Positions 9,736 to 19,764 are shown, counted from the stretch's first letter. The stretch is 64,000 nt of DNA from Candidatus Dormiibacterota bacterium (GCA_963718525.1 OY970355.1:2624001-2688000); one strand, 5' to 3'. The notes: a model not told the origin generated them from the letters alone. Made by a program: numbers and translations.

Positions 9736-10959
9736 ATGGCCCAATTGACCAAGTCACCCGACCTCAGGTTGTCCGTAGCGGCCACCCTACCGCCCGAAGT
9801 GACCATCCGGCTGCTGTCGGAAGTCGACGTGATCGCGCGCCGGATGACCCGGCACATCGTCTCGGGCATCTCGCTTCCGGACAGCCGCTTTCGCACGCTC
9901 GGATACTTCCGCACGGTCACCGCGGCGTGCCGTGACGCGCTGCGCACCTTCGTCCGTCTGCTTCGCGACGGCCGCGGCCTCCGCGCGGGCGACCTGGAGC
10001 GGCTTGGGTCGATGGGCGCCCAGCAGGCAGAGCTCGATGTCCCGCTCGAATTGGTGTTCGGGGCGTACCGGCTCGCCGCGAGGGTGCTCTGGGACGAGGT
10101 GATCGGCCAGCCGGCCATCCTCGACGACGTGCCCCCGAGCACCGTCATCGGCCTGACCAGCACGGTGCTCGAATACTTCGATGAGATCAGCGCTGCGGTC
10201 GGAGGCGCGTACCTCGAGACCCGGGAACGGCTGCTTCGCCAGCGTGACAGGGATCGCGACCGCATTCTCCAGCGGCTGCTTGCCGGGGACGCGTCAGCCG
10301 AGCTCCGGCGCATCGCGGTCTCCGCCGAGCTGACCCTGGTTCCCCCGTACACCGTGGTGGCCTGCTCCGCCCCGACGATGGAGGCGGAACGGCAGCTCGA
10401 GGAAACCTGGCGAGCCGAGGGGGCGCATCTCATCGGCGATGAGCCCGGCCTCTGGGTCGCACTGGTCCCCGAAGGGCGGGACCTCGCCCGGATGTGCGCG
10501 GCGGCTGGACCCGTGACGTTCGGAGTCGGTCCGGTGGCCTCCACCCTCGACGCTGTCGCCCCGTCGGCGCAGCACGCCCGCCGCGCGCTCGAGGTCGGTC
10601 GGCGCCTTTCTCCCGAGCGATCGGTGCACACGGATGCGGAGGTCGGTGTCTTCGCCGCGCTCGCCGACGACCGCGAAGCGATGCGCAGCTTCATCGACAG
10701 GGTGCTCGGCCCGCTGGCGCTGGGGACGCCGAATCGCAGGCTCGAGCTGGTCGCAACGCTCGAGGCGCTGCTGGACAGCCGGAGCATCGGTGAGGCATCA
10801 GAGCGCCTCGGCGTGCACCGTCACACCGTTGTGTACCGCGTCGGCCGGCTCCGCCAGCTGGGCATCGACGCCGACGACCCGGAGCAGCGTCACCAGCTCT
10901 GGCTGGCTTTGCGTTGCGCCCGGCTCCTCGACGGACAGCTGCCGCCGATCAGAACGTAG
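9736..10959 (+). CDS. PucR/CdaR-family transcriptional regulator
   Basis: C-terminal LVATLEALL...ASERLGVHRHTVVYRV HTH; N-terminal RsbRD-like helical domain. Confidence 0.9.
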   Translation: MAQLTKSPDLRLSVAATLPPEVTIRLLSEVDVIARRMTRHIVSGISLPDSRFRTLGYFRTVTAACRDALRTFVRLLRDGRGLRAGDLERLGSMGAQQAELDVPLELVFGAYRLAARVLWDEVIGQPAILDDVPPSTVIGLTSTVLEYFDEISAAVGGAYLETRERLLRQRDRDRDRILQRLLAGDASAELRRIAVSAELTLVPPYTVVACSAPTMEAERQLEETWRAEGAHLIGDEPGLWVALVPEGRDLARMCAAAGPVTFGVGPVASTLDAVAPSAQHARRALEVGRRLSPERSVHTDAEVGVFAALADDREAMRSFIDRVLGPLALGTPNRRLELVATLEALLDSRSIGEASERLGVHRHTVVYRVGRLRQLGIDADDPEQRHQLWLALRCARLLDGQLPPIRT

Positions 10960-10988
10960 GCCGACCAGCCGGTGGGACTCTCACACCT

Positions 10989-11006
10989 GGCGGCGACAAC
11001 GCCGCC
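10989..11006 (+). terminator. GC hairpin after PucR gene, possible terminator
   Basis: GGCGGCG-ACAA-CGCCGCC; no U-tract. Confidence 0.35.
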
Positions 11007-11040
11007 GTCTCAGTCGCTCAGGACATCCATCGTAGAAAGA

Positions 11041-11095
11041 GATCGTTCCTATTGAACGATCCTTATTGACGGGAGAATCGCGACCTCTCCAAAAT
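11041..11095 (+). promoter_or_regulatory. Inverted repeat GATCGTTC-N5-GAACGATC plus a TTGACG...CAAAAT promoter candidate upstream of the ABC operon
   Basis: Perfect 8-bp palindrome at 11041-11061; TTGACG at 11066. Confidence 0.5.
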
Positions 11096-11378
11096 GAACC
11101 AACCGCATCAGAACGAGCAGGGGAGGTGGCTGAACGAGCCGGTCGACGTGACTGGCTCGCCGGGTGGAAAGAGATGGGCTCCGAAGCCCTGTGGCCCGTT
11201 GGCGTAATGTTCGGATAAGGCGATCATTCCGTTTCAATCAAGCTCATTGCTTAATGGGCCGCGAGAACGGATAGTCAGCCCACGCCACGGTGGGAAAAGC
11301 ATTTGCGCAGGTAACCATTCGACAGAGAGAGGCCGATCGAGAGGGGGCCTCAGGAAGAGAAATCGGTACAGGGGGAAC

Positions 11379-12509
11379 ATGACCATGTTTGGAGAACTAC
11401 TTCTGCGATCCTCGGCGCCGGGCGGCCGGGGCACCCGACGCGCGGCAACGGCGGTCGCGCTGCTCGCCACCGCCGTGGTGGTGGGAGCCTGCGGCTCCGC
11501 TACCGCGAAAGGTACGGGTACCGGCGCCAGTGCTCAGCCGGATCCGTCTACCGTCAATCTGGGCTATCTCGTCAACCTGACCCACGCGCCAGCGCTCATC
11601 GGCGTCGCGCAGGGCTTTTTTCAGGGGTCGATGCCCAAGGGCACCACGGTGAAGACGACCACGTTCAGTGCCGGCCCTGCCGAGAGCGAGGCGCTGCTCG
11701 GCGGCACGCTCGATGCGGCATTCGTCGGACCGGGCCCGGCGATCAACGCCTTCATCAAGACCAAGGGCAAGGTGCTCATCGTCGCCGGCACTGCCTCGGG
11801 TGGTGCGGGGCTCGTCGTCAGCAAGTCGGTCGCCAACGGGAACTTTCCGGCTGACCTCGCGGGGAAAACGCTTTCGTCGCCACAGCTCGGCAACACCCAG
11901 GACATTGCGCTGCGCACGTGGCTGGGCACGAAGGAACTCGCCACCAGCCTCAATGGCGGCGGCAAGGTGACCATTGACTCGAGCTCCGGCAACTCGGCCA
12001 GCCTGCAGAACTTCGAGGCCGGCAAGATCGCCGGCGGCTGGGTCCCCGAGCCCTATGAGTCGGAGTTCATCCTGCAGGGCAAGGGCACGCTCGCGGTTGA
12101 CGAAGCCTCGCTGTGGCCGAACGGACAGTTCCCGACCACGGTGCTCGTGGTCACGCAGAACCTGCTCCAGAACCATCCCGACATCGTTCGGGACCTCCTC
12201 AAGGGCCTTGTGCAGTCGGTGAACTGGATCAACGCGAACGAGTCCGCGGCACCGGCCGCAGTCAATGCGGCCCTTGCGTCCACCACTGGAGGCAAGCTGC
12301 TGAAGAGCTCCGTCCTGGCCCTGGCCTGGACTCACCTGAGCTTCGTGCTGGACCCATTCGCCTCCGACCTGCAGACGGATGCCAACAATGCTCAACAGCT
12401 CGGCTTCAACAAGACGGCGAACATCAAGGGCATCCTCGACCTCGGTCCACTCAATGCACTCATGAGCGCGTCGGGGCAGGCGCCCGTCAGTGCCGGTGCG
12501 CTCGGCTGA
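11379..12509 (+). CDS. Sulfonate/sulfate-type ABC transporter substrate-binding lipoprotein (SsuA-like)
   Basis: Lipobox VVGAC; GYLVNLTHAPA, GPGPAIN, SPQLGNTQDIALR, WVPEP. Confidence 0.88.
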   Translation: MTMFGELLLRSSAPGGRGTRRAATAVALLATAVVVGACGSATAKGTGTGASAQPDPSTVNLGYLVNLTHAPALIGVAQGFFQGSMPKGTTVKTTTFSAGPAESEALLGGTLDAAFVGPGPAINAFIKTKGKVLIVAGTASGGAGLVVSKSVANGNFPADLAGKTLSSPQLGNTQDIALRTWLGTKELATSLNGGGKVTIDSSSGNSASLQNFEAGKIAGGWVPEPYESEFILQGKGTLAVDEASLWPNGQFPTTVLVVTQNLLQNHPDIVRDLLKGLVQSVNWINANESAAPAAVNAALASTTGGKLLKSSVLALAWTHLSFVLDPFASDLQTDANNAQQLGFNKTANIKGILDLGPLNALMSASGQAPVSAGALG

Positions 12510-13306
12510 TGAACATCGCATTCGCTCCACGGCCCGCTGTTCTCACGCTCGACGCAGACGATGCCTTCGTGACCCTGCAAGGGGTCACGAAGGTGTTCGG
12601 CCACGGCAAGCGAGCGATGACGGCGCTTGAGAACGTGTCGCTCGAGGTCGCCAGGGGCGAGTTCGTGTGCGTCCTGGGCGCATCGGGATGTGGGAAATCA
12701 ACCCTCCTGTCGCTGATCGCCGGTCTTGACAAGGTCACTGGCGGAAGCATCGACATCGCTGATGGCCGCCCGGCAGTCATGTTCCAGGAGCCGGCTCTGC
12801 TCCCCTGGCTCACGGTTCGACGCAACGTCGAACTGCCGATGCGGCTGCACAACGTCGACGAGGATCAGCGAAATCAGACAGTCAACCGGCTGCTCGCAAT
12901 GGTCGGGTTGATCGACTTCGCAGATCACCGGCCGCATCAGCTCTCCGGAGGGATGCGTCAGCGCTGCGCGCTCGCGCGTGCGCTGGCCCAGGACTCGGAG
13001 TTGCTGCTCATGGACGAGCCCTTCGCCGCACTCGACGCATTGACGCGGGACTCGCTGCACGACGACCTGAACCGCATCTGGCAGGAAACCGGCAAGACCA
13101 TCCTCTTTGTCACCCATAACGTTCGCGAGGCGGTGCGGCTGGGGGACCGCGTCGTATTGATGACCCCTCGCCCCGGTCGGGTGGCCCAGATGTGGGACGT
13201 CGAGATCACGCGACCTCGTGAGCTCGATTCCTTCGAAGTGTCCGGACTCGCTCACGAGATCACGGCGCGGCTGCGTGCGGGGGCGGTCGGCGATGGAGCG
13301 CAATAG
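12509..13306 (+). CDS. ABC transporter ATP-binding protein (SsuB/TauB-like)
   Basis: GASGCGKS, LSGGMRQR, LLMDEPF, VTH; ATG overlaps upstream TGA. Confidence 0.93.
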   Translation: MNIAFAPRPAVLTLDADDAFVTLQGVTKVFGHGKRAMTALENVSLEVARGEFVCVLGASGCGKSTLLSLIAGLDKVTGGSIDIADGRPAVMFQEPALLPWLTVRRNVELPMRLHNVDEDQRNQTVNRLLAMVGLIDFADHRPHQLSGGMRQRCALARALAQDSELLLMDEPFAALDALTRDSLHDDLNRIWQETGKTILFVTHNVREAVRLGDRVVLMTPRPGRVAQMWDVEITRPRELDSFEVSGLAHEITARLRAGAVGDGAQ

Positions 13307-14102
13307 GCTGCAGCGCATCCTGCGAGCCGCCTGGCCGCGGATCGTTGCGATCGGCATTCTGCTGGGGATCTGGCAGCTCCTCGTCGTCGTTGGCGTGCAG
13401 TCCCCAGGGGGTGAGCCGCTACCTGGCCCGGGCGACGCGATCGGCGAGATCGGCTACCTGGTGCACACCGACGTGCTCGTGCCGGCACTCGTTCAGACGC
13501 TCGAACGCGCAGCGGTCGGTTACATCCTTGCACTGGTGCTCGGTACGCTGATCGGGCTCGCGGTCGTCCGCGTGCCGGTGCTTCGAGCGGGCGTCGGATC
13601 GTTGCTCGCCGGGCTCCAGAGCCTGCCGTCAGTCGTCTGGGTGCCGATCGCGACCCTGTTTCTCGCCATCGGCGGGCAGATCGAGAACGCCGTGTACTTC
13701 GTGGTCATCATGGGTGCGTTCCCATCGATCGCGATGGGATTGATGTCCGCCTACGACAACATCCCTCCACTCACCTTCAGCCTCGCGCGGTCGATGGGAG
13801 CCAGCGGCCCGCGGTACTACCGGCATTTCATCTTTTCGGCTGCGCTGCCGGGGTATGTGGCCGGGATGAAACAGGCGTGGGCGTTCTCATGGCGATCGTT
13901 GATGGCTGCCGAGTTGATCATCGGATCGACCGCCAACAGCGGACTCGGGCAGATCCTCGACAACGGGCGCAGCCTCGGCGACCTTCCCGAGATGTTCGCC
14001 GCGGTGCTCACGATCCTGGTGGTGGGGATCGCGGTCAACGACCTGTTGTTCGCACCCCTGGAGCGAGGCCTGCTCCGCCGCCGTGGCCTGGTTCCGGCCT
14101 AG
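13293..14102 (+). CDS. ABC transporter permease (SsuC-like)
   Basis: LQSLPSVVW, ARSMGA, WAFSWRSLMAAEL; multiple TM segments. Confidence 0.9.
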   Translation: MERNRLQRILRAAWPRIVAIGILLGIWQLLVVVGVQSPGGEPLPGPGDAIGEIGYLVHTDVLVPALVQTLERAAVGYILALVLGTLIGLAVVRVPVLRAGVGSLLAGLQSLPSVVWVPIATLFLAIGGQIENAVYFVVIMGAFPSIAMGLMSAYDNIPPLTFSLARSMGASGPRYYRHFIFSAALPGYVAGMKQAWAFSWRSLMAAELIIGSTANSGLGQILDNGRSLGDLPEMFAAVLTILVVGIAVNDLLFAPLERGLLRRRGLVPA

Positions 14103-14689
14103 TCTTCGCCGCTGCGCTGCTTGGCGCCGGCCTCGTGGCGGCGCTGTCCGCCCGAGGCGACCGTGGCGCCCTGCTCCGCCTCACGCGCGAGCATGAAGAG
14201 CAGGTCCGAGCAGCGATTGAGATAGCGGAGCACCTCAGGATTCTCGACCCCGCCCTCGCGGAGAAGCGACACGGTCCGGCGCTCGGCGCGGCGCACCAGA
14301 GTCCGCGCCAGGTCGATCGCCGCCCCGGCGGGCGTGCCGCCGGGGATGACGAACCCGCCCGGCAAGGGCACCCGCGCCTCGAGGTCGTGGATCTCGTCCT
14401 CGAGCGCGTCGACCATCGCCGCGGTGACGACGTTGAAGTGGCGCTCGAGGTCGGCGCGGTGGCCCGGGCCGGTGGCGAGCTCGGCGCCGACGACGAACAA
14501 TTCGCGCTGGAGCTCGAGGATCCGCGACGCGCGGTCGGCTGAGTCGGTCAGCGACCGGGCCAGTCCCAGCGCGGAGATCGCCTCGTCGAGTGACCCGTAC
14601 GCCTCGGTATGAGCGTCGTCCTTTGCGACCCGACCGCCGTAGAGCAGCCCGGTCTCTCCCGTGTCGCCGTTCCCCGTGGTGATGCTCAC
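14099..14689 (-). CDS. Cob(I)alamin adenosyltransferase (PduO-type)
   Basis: TTGNGDTGET, EAYGSLDE, ARTLVRRAER, YLNRCSDLLF. Confidence 0.92.
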   Translation of the reverse strand: MSITTGNGDTGETGLLYGGRVAKDDAHTEAYGSLDEAISALGLARSLTDSADRASRILELQRELFVVGAELATGPGHRADLERHFNVVTAAMVDALEDEIHDLEARVPLPGGFVIPGGTPAGAAIDLARTLVRRAERRTVSLLREGGVENPEVLRYLNRCSDLLFMLAREAEQGATVASGGQRRHEAGAKQRSGED

Positions 14690-14699
14690 AAGGTTGGTG

Positions 14700-15686
14700 T
14701 CAGATGGCGCCGTGCAGCGTCGCTTCGACGAGCTCTGGCGGGGTGTCGTTGCGCCCGCGGCGCCACTCCTCGATCCACTTGCTCGCCGCGATGGTCGCGG
14801 TGGTCGCGTCACCGACTGCAGTGGTGATCTGGCGGGTGAGCTGGCTGCGCACGTCGCCGGCGGCGAAGATGCCCGGGATATTGGTCATCATCGTCATCGG
14901 ATCCGTGACGTAATAGCCAGCTTTGTCATGATCAATGTGGCGATCCACCAACTGGGTGTTGGGGATGAAACCGATGAAGATGAAGATGCCCCCGACCTCG
15001 ATCTCAGATCGACGCTCGGTGTCGAGGTTGCGCAGCATCAGGCGGCCGACCTTCTCGTCACCCTCGATGCTCTCGATGATGGTGTCGACCACGAACTCGA
15101 TCTTGGGATGCTTGCGCGCCTCATCGAGGAGGATGGGCTGAGCGCGGAACTCCTTGCGCCGGTGGATGATCGTGACCTTGCTCGCGTAGCGGGTCAGGAA
15201 CAGGGCCTCCTCCACCGCCGCGTCACCACCGCCCGCCACGGCGAGGTCGACGTCCTTGAAGAACGCACCGTCGCACACGGCGCAGTACGACACGCCACGC
15301 CCGGCATATGTCTCCTCCCCGGCGACGCCGAGCTTGCGAGGATTGCCACCCGCGGTGATGATCACCGCGGGCACGAGGAAGTCTCCGTCATACGTCTCGA
15401 CGAGCTTCTGACCGTCTGGCTGGACCTTGATCGCCTTGACCTCGGTGCGCAGCAGCTTGGTGCCGAAGTGCGCGGCCTGCTCCTCCATCACGGTGGCGAG
15501 CTCCCCGCCGAGGATGGAGAGAAAGCCCGGGTAATCCTCGATAAGCTCGGTATTGAGCAGCTGACCGCCTGGAGCCTTACCCTCCAGGAGCACCGCCCGC
15601 TCGCGGTTCCGGCCTGCGTAGAGCGCAGCCGTCAGCCCGGCGGGACCGCCGCCGATGATCGCGATGTCGAAGTCGTCTGTGGGCAC
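14700..15686 (-). CDS. trxB: Thioredoxin-disulfide reductase
   Basis: GGGPAG, GVSYCAVCDG, GGGDAAVEEA, GIFAAGD; SD GAGGAG before GTG. Confidence 0.95.
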   Translation of the reverse strand: MPTDDFDIAIIGGGPAGLTAALYAGRNRERAVLLEGKAPGGQLLNTELIEDYPGFLSILGGELATVMEEQAAHFGTKLLRTEVKAIKVQPDGQKLVETYDGDFLVPAVIITAGGNPRKLGVAGEETYAGRGVSYCAVCDGAFFKDVDLAVAGGGDAAVEEALFLTRYASKVTIIHRRKEFRAQPILLDEARKHPKIEFVVDTIIESIEGDEKVGRLMLRNLDTERRSEIEVGGIFIFIGFIPNTQLVDRHIDHDKAGYYVTDPMTMMTNIPGIFAAGDVRSQLTRQITTAVGDATTATIAASKWIEEWRRGRNDTPPELVEATLHGAI

Positions 15687-15756
15687 GGTGGTTGCACTCC
15701 TCGGGGTACGTCTGTACGTTCCCCGCACTTGAGACGATACCCAATGCGCGCCCGAA

Positions 15757-16566
15757 TCATCCCGCTGTCAGCCATTGGCGCAGATCCACGAGGACCCGGC
15801 TGATCGGAATCGCATACGCCTCGGCCGCACTCGAACTCGCAAGGGTCACGATCCCGATGACCTGCCCCTGCGAATCGAGCACGGGTCCACCGCTGTTGCC
15901 TTCGAAGATCGGCGCCCCGGTGAGGTGCAGCATGTCGTCGTACTCCTGGGGTGAGGATTGCCCCGCCTCGATCCCCGTCCCCGAGAGCGGGACGTTGGCA
16001 TCAAGGCCGACGAGGCTCTCCACGGTCATATCCGCGTGAGCGGTGGCCCGGCTCGACGCCAGGGTGATGACCGGGATCGGGACTGTCGTCAGCGCTCTCG
16101 CGTCGACGGGCAGCGGTGTTCCCGGGAGCGCGCCGGTGACCCGGAGCAGCGCCAGATCTAGCTGCGCGCTGCTCTGCACGACGCGGGCGACGTGGGTGTG
16201 GTTGGCCCGGTCGGTGACCCGCAGCGTGGTATCGCCATTGATGACGTGAGCATTGGTGACCACGTCGCCCATGCCGTCAAAGATCCAGCCGGTGCCCAGC
16301 GACTCCGCGGCACCATTTTCGAGTTCGGCCTCGATCGTGACGACGCTCGCGAGATCGTCGCGGCCGAGGTCCGCGAGCAGCGGTGGCGACGGAGACGGGC
16401 CGCTTGCCGGGGGAACGTGGGCGGCCACGATGGCGGCCGGGTTCACCTGCGCGAAGTTGTCTGCCACCAGGAAGCCCGCCAGGCCGGCGACCAGGAGAGC
16501 GATGATGGCTGCAAGGGCGCGCGCCACGGCACGCGGTCGGAACGTCGGCTCAGTCCCTCGATCCAC
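15757..16566 (-). CDS. Membrane-anchored S1C (trypsin-like) serine protease without PDZ domain
   Basis: N-terminal TM; TNAHV, DLAL, GNSGGP catalytic triad motifs. Confidence 0.88.
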   Translation of the reverse strand: MDRGTEPTFRPRAVARALAAIIALLVAGLAGFLVADNFAQVNPAAIVAAHVPPASGPSPSPPLLADLGRDDLASVVTIEAELENGAAESLGTGWIFDGMGDVVTNAHVINGDTTLRVTDRANHTHVARVVQSSAQLDLALLRVTGALPGTPLPVDARALTTVPIPVITLASSRATAHADMTVESLVGLDANVPLSGTGIEAGQSSPQEYDDMLHLTGAPIFEGNSGGPVLDSQGQVIGIVTLASSSAAEAYAIPISRVLVDLRQWLTAG

Positions 16567-16577
16567 GAGGAAGCATT

Positions 16578-17255
16578 GTGGTTGTTCGACAGCGAAGCAT
16601 CACCGTCGTCGGTGGCGGCCGCGGAGCGCTCGGTGCCGCGGTTGTGAGCCGTCTCGCGGCGGCGGGGCACCGTGTGGTGATTCCCACGCGGCACCCGGGT
16701 GGAGCTGCGCGGCCTGGGGTCACCGAGATCGAATGCGACCTCGACGATGCCGGCTCGGTCGATCGCCTACGAGCCGCGGTGGAAGCGATGGGGCCCTGGG
16801 CCGGCGTGGTCAGCGCGTCGGGCGGATACGCCGGGGGGCGCGCCCATGAGGTCGACGACGCCGCCGTCCAGGCGCAGCTTTCGGCCAATCTGCTGGGTCC
16901 CTGGCGGCTCGTCCGTGCCGCGGCGGCTTCGATGGTCGCCGGCGCCGCAGGCGGGCGGATCGTGGTGGTGGCCTCGCGAGCCGCGGTCGACGTTGCGCGT
17001 GGCCAGGCGGCCTACCAGGTGAGCAAGGCGGCGGTGCTGCGGCTCGCCCAGGTCATGGCGGCCGAGCTGCAGCGGCACGCCATCACCGTCAATGCAGTTC
17101 TGCCCGGCACGATGGATACAGCTGCCAACCGCGAGTCGATGCCGAAAGCGGACCGCTCCTCGTGGATCAGCACGGATTCCGTTGCCGAGGTCATCGAATG
17201 GCTGCTCTCGGACGCCGCCGCAGCCGTGACCGGGGCCGCGATCCCGGCCGGCTGA
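16578..17255 (+). CDS. Short-chain dehydrogenase/reductase
   Basis: GGRGALG, YQVSK, NAVLPG. Confidence 0.88.
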   Translation: MVVRQRSITVVGGGRGALGAAVVSRLAAAGHRVVIPTRHPGGAARPGVTEIECDLDDAGSVDRLRAAVEAMGPWAGVVSASGGYAGGRAHEVDDAAVQAQLSANLLGPWRLVRAAAASMVAGAAGGRIVVVASRAAVDVARGQAAYQVSKAAVLRLAQVMAAELQRHAITVNAVLPGTMDTAANRESMPKADRSSWISTDSVAEVIEWLLSDAAAAVTGAAIPAG

Positions 17256-17257
17256 CC

Positions 17258-17869
17258 TCAGTTGATCGCGTGCGGCTCCAGCACTTCAGACTCGCCCAGG
17301 CGGGCGAGGGCACGCGCGCGATGCGAGACCCGGGCCTTCTCCTCGTCGGTGGCTTCGCCGAACGTGATCCCGAGATCGACGGAAAGGAACGCAGGGTCGT
17401 ACCCGAAACCGTTGGTCCCTCGGGGCTCGACCAGGGTTCCGAGGCACTCGCCATGGGCAGTCACCGGCTCCCCGCCCGGTCTGGCGAGCGCCGCGACGCA
17501 GACATAGCGCACGCGCCGGTCGCCAGGCGAACGGCGTTCCACCTCAGCGAGGAGGCCTCGAAGCCGGTCCGCGTCGGTCGCGTTCTCGCCCATCCAGCGG
17601 GCCGACAGCGGACCCGGCCATCCTCGCAACGCGTCCACCTCGATGCCGCTGTCGTCCGCGAGCGTCGGGAGACCGGTCGCACTGGTCACGGTCATGGCCT
17701 TGGCGAGCGCCGATTCCCTGTACCCGGGACCGGGTTCCTCGAGGACGCCGTCAAAGCCGACCTCCTCGAGGGTCTGCAGGCGGAGCGGCCACGACGCGAG
17801 AAGAAGGCGCAGTTCACGGATCTTTCCAGGATTGCGGGTGCCGAGGAGCAGGACAGCGTCTCCGTTCAT
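17258..17869 (-). CDS. rdgB: Non-canonical purine NTP pyrophosphatase (RdgB/HAM1)
   Basis: TRNPGK, ADDSG, GFGYDP, SHRARAL; downstream of rph. Confidence 0.94.
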   Translation of the reverse strand: MNGDAVLLLGTRNPGKIRELRLLLASWPLRLQTLEEVGFDGVLEEPGPGYRESALAKAMTVTSATGLPTLADDSGIEVDALRGWPGPLSARWMGENATDADRLRGLLAEVERRSPGDRRVRYVCVAALARPGGEPVTAHGECLGTLVEPRGTNGFGYDPAFLSVDLGITFGEATDEEKARVSHRARALARLGESEVLEPHAIN

Positions 17870-18588
17870 CTGGCTCCGCTCAGCACCTCTTCCTGCAGCG
17901 CGAAGAGCCGCTCCAGACCGGCGCCGGCGAGCCCGAGGAGCGCGTCCAGCTCCCCGCGCGAGAACGGCTCCTGCTCGGCCGAGCCCTGCAGCTCGATGAA
18001 CCGGCCGTCGCGTGATCCCACGCAGTTCATGTCGGTGTCTGCCGCGGAGTCCTCGAGGTAGCTGAGGTCGAGCCGCGCCTCGCCGGCCACGATGCCCGCA
18101 CTGACGGCGGCCACCGGCCAGCGCAGCGGATCGGAGCGGACCACGTGCGCCTCACGAAGCCGTTCGACCGCCAGGGCGAGGGCCACGTAGCCGCCCGTGA
18201 TGGACGCGGTTCGGGTTCCGCCGTCGGCAACGATGACGTCGCAGTCGATCAGGATGCTGCGCTCGCCGAGCGCCTCGAAGTCGACGGCTGCCCGCAGGCT
18301 CCGGCCGATGAGCCGCTGAATCTCCTGGACCCGACCATCCACGCGCCCCTTGCGGCCGTCGCGCTCCGAGCGGGTCTGCGTGCTCCGCGGCAGCATTGCG
18401 TACTCGGCGGTCACCCACCCACGACCGCTGCCCTTGCGAAAAGGCGGGACTCGCTCCTCCACCGTCGCCGCGCAGAGAACGCGCGTGTCCCCCATCGTGA
18501 TCAGCGCGCTGCCCTCCGCGTATGGGAGCGTGTGCAATTCGATCGAGGTCGGTCGGAGTTCATCGGTGGCACGTTGATCTGGGCGCAT
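17866..18588 (-). CDS. rph: Ribonuclease PH
   Basis: [34 protein letters not shown]. Confidence 0.97.
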   Translation of the reverse strand: MRPDQRATDELRPTSIELHTLPYAEGSALITMGDTRVLCAATVEERVPPFRKGSGRGWVTAEYAMLPRSTQTRSERDGRKGRVDGRVQEIQRLIGRSLRAAVDFEALGERSILIDCDVIVADGGTRTASITGGYVALALAVERLREAHVVRSDPLRWPVAAVSAGIVAGEARLDLSYLEDSAADTDMNCVGSRDGRFIELQGSAEQEPFSRGELDALLGLAGAGLERLFALQEEVLSGAR

Positions 18589-18617
18589 TGGGCCGAGTGT
18601 ATCGGTCGGCCCGACCG

Positions 18618-19370
18618 TCAGCGCCGGAAGATCCGCTGCAGGACGATGATCGAGGCCTCGTAGAGCAGCAGCAGCGGGATCGCCAGCAGAGTCGGTGTGA
18701 ACGGATCCGCACCAGGCGTGATCACCAGCGACACGATGATGATCCCCACGTATGCGATCTTCCGCCAGCCCTTGAGCTTTTTCGAGGACACGAACCCGAG
18801 CAGGCCGAGCAGCACGATCACGACGGGCATCTCGAACGTGGCTCCGAAGATGAACACGATGATCAGAAAGAAGCCGATGTACGAGTTGATGTCGGGGAAA
18901 TAGACCGCGTGCCCGTTGAGGAAATTGGTCAGGAAGCTGAGCCCGATGGGCATCACGAAGTATGCGAACGCCGCTCCGCCCGCGAACAGCAGGAGTGCGC
19001 TGGCGATGAACGGCCCGACGAACTTCCGCTCCTTCGGACGCAAACCCGGCGACACGAAGGTCCAGACCTGCCAGAGCACCACCGGCAGGGCGATGATCAG
19101 CCCAACGACCGCGGCGACCTTCAAGGGGACGGTGAGGCCCTCGGTGGGGCTCGTATAGATCGCCTCGTTGTTGGGAATGATGCTGTGCGAGTTCTTCAGG
19201 ACGGTGGACAACGGGTGCAGCAGCACACCGATGAAGAACCCGTTGAAGACGAATGCGACGATCGTCCCGACGATCCAGGCCGCCATCACCCAGATGAGGA
19301 CGCGTCGCAATTCCTCCAGGTGCTGGACGATCGTCATCCGCCGTTCGTCGTCGCCAGCCACTCCCTGCAC
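18618..19370 (-). CDS. tatC: Twin-arginine translocase subunit TatC
   Basis: HLEELRR, FVSPGL, FEMP, ITPGADP. Confidence 0.96.
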   Translation of the reverse strand: MQGVAGDDERRMTIVQHLEELRRVLIWVMAAWIVGTIVAFVFNGFFIGVLLHPLSTVLKNSHSIIPNNEAIYTSPTEGLTVPLKVAAVVGLIIALPVVLWQVWTFVSPGLRPKERKFVGPFIASALLLFAGGAAFAYFVMPIGLSFLTNFLNGHAVYFPDINSYIGFFLIIVFIFGATFEMPVVIVLLGLLGFVSSKKLKGWRKIAYVGIIIVSLVITPGADPFTPTLLAIPLLLLYEASIIVLQRIFRR

Positions 19371-19408
19371 CTTACGTGCCTCCGGTCAGCGCGCGCGTGA
19401 GCGGCGCG

Positions 19409-19711
19409 TCAGCCAGAAACGGAGGGCTGGTGTGTCGTCGCGTCAGCGGGGACCGTCACCGGCTCAGCCGGCTGCGCCGGCGCAGGTGCCGGAGCGGGTG
19501 CGACGACGGCCTGAGCGACTGGAGCCGGCTGCGCCGTGGTCGTGGTGGTTCCCATGACCGCGTCGTGAGTCTCGGACGAAGCCTTCCGAAACTCGCGAAT
19601 TCCCTTGCCGATGCCTGCGCCCACGTCGGGCAGCTTTCCCGGCCCCCAGATGATCAGGATCACCACCAGGACGATGATGATTTCCGGCAGATGTCCGCCT
19701 ACGAATCCCAT
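19409..19711 (-). CDS. tatA: Twin-arginine translocase subunit TatA
   Basis: TM followed by GPGKLP.VG.GIGKGIREFRK. Confidence 0.95.
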   Translation of the reverse strand: MGFVGGHLPEIIIVLVVILIIWGPGKLPDVGAGIGKGIREFRKASSETHDAVMGTTTTTAQPAPVAQAVVAPAPAPAPAQPAEPVTVPADATTHQPSVSG

Positions 19712-19747
19712 GTCAGCCTCCAGTCTAGCACCATTTTTTCATCACCC

Positions 19748-19764
19748 CTGAGATCAGACTGAGA
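19748..19764 (-). promoter_or_regulatory. TCTCAG-N5-TCTCAG direct repeat (MprA-box-like) upstream of tatA
   Basis: Minus strand TCTCAG-TCTGA-TCTCAG overlapping the hemL stop. Confidence 0.6.

Noticed and set aside
11041-11061. LexA (SOS) box
   Set aside because: Half-site orientation and spacing (GTTC-N5-GAAC) differ from the Gram-positive GAAC-N4-GTTC consensus
11049-11237. ORF containing RRASHVDRL, reminiscent of actinobacterial sulfur leader peptides
   Set aside because: It lies on the strand opposite the ABC operon and has no Cys, so it cannot act as that leader
11100-11378. T-box, SAM or c-di-AMP riboswitch call
   Set aside because: Only isolated fragments (GGTGGCTGAA, GGGTGGAA, GGGGGAAC) match; full consensus elements are absent
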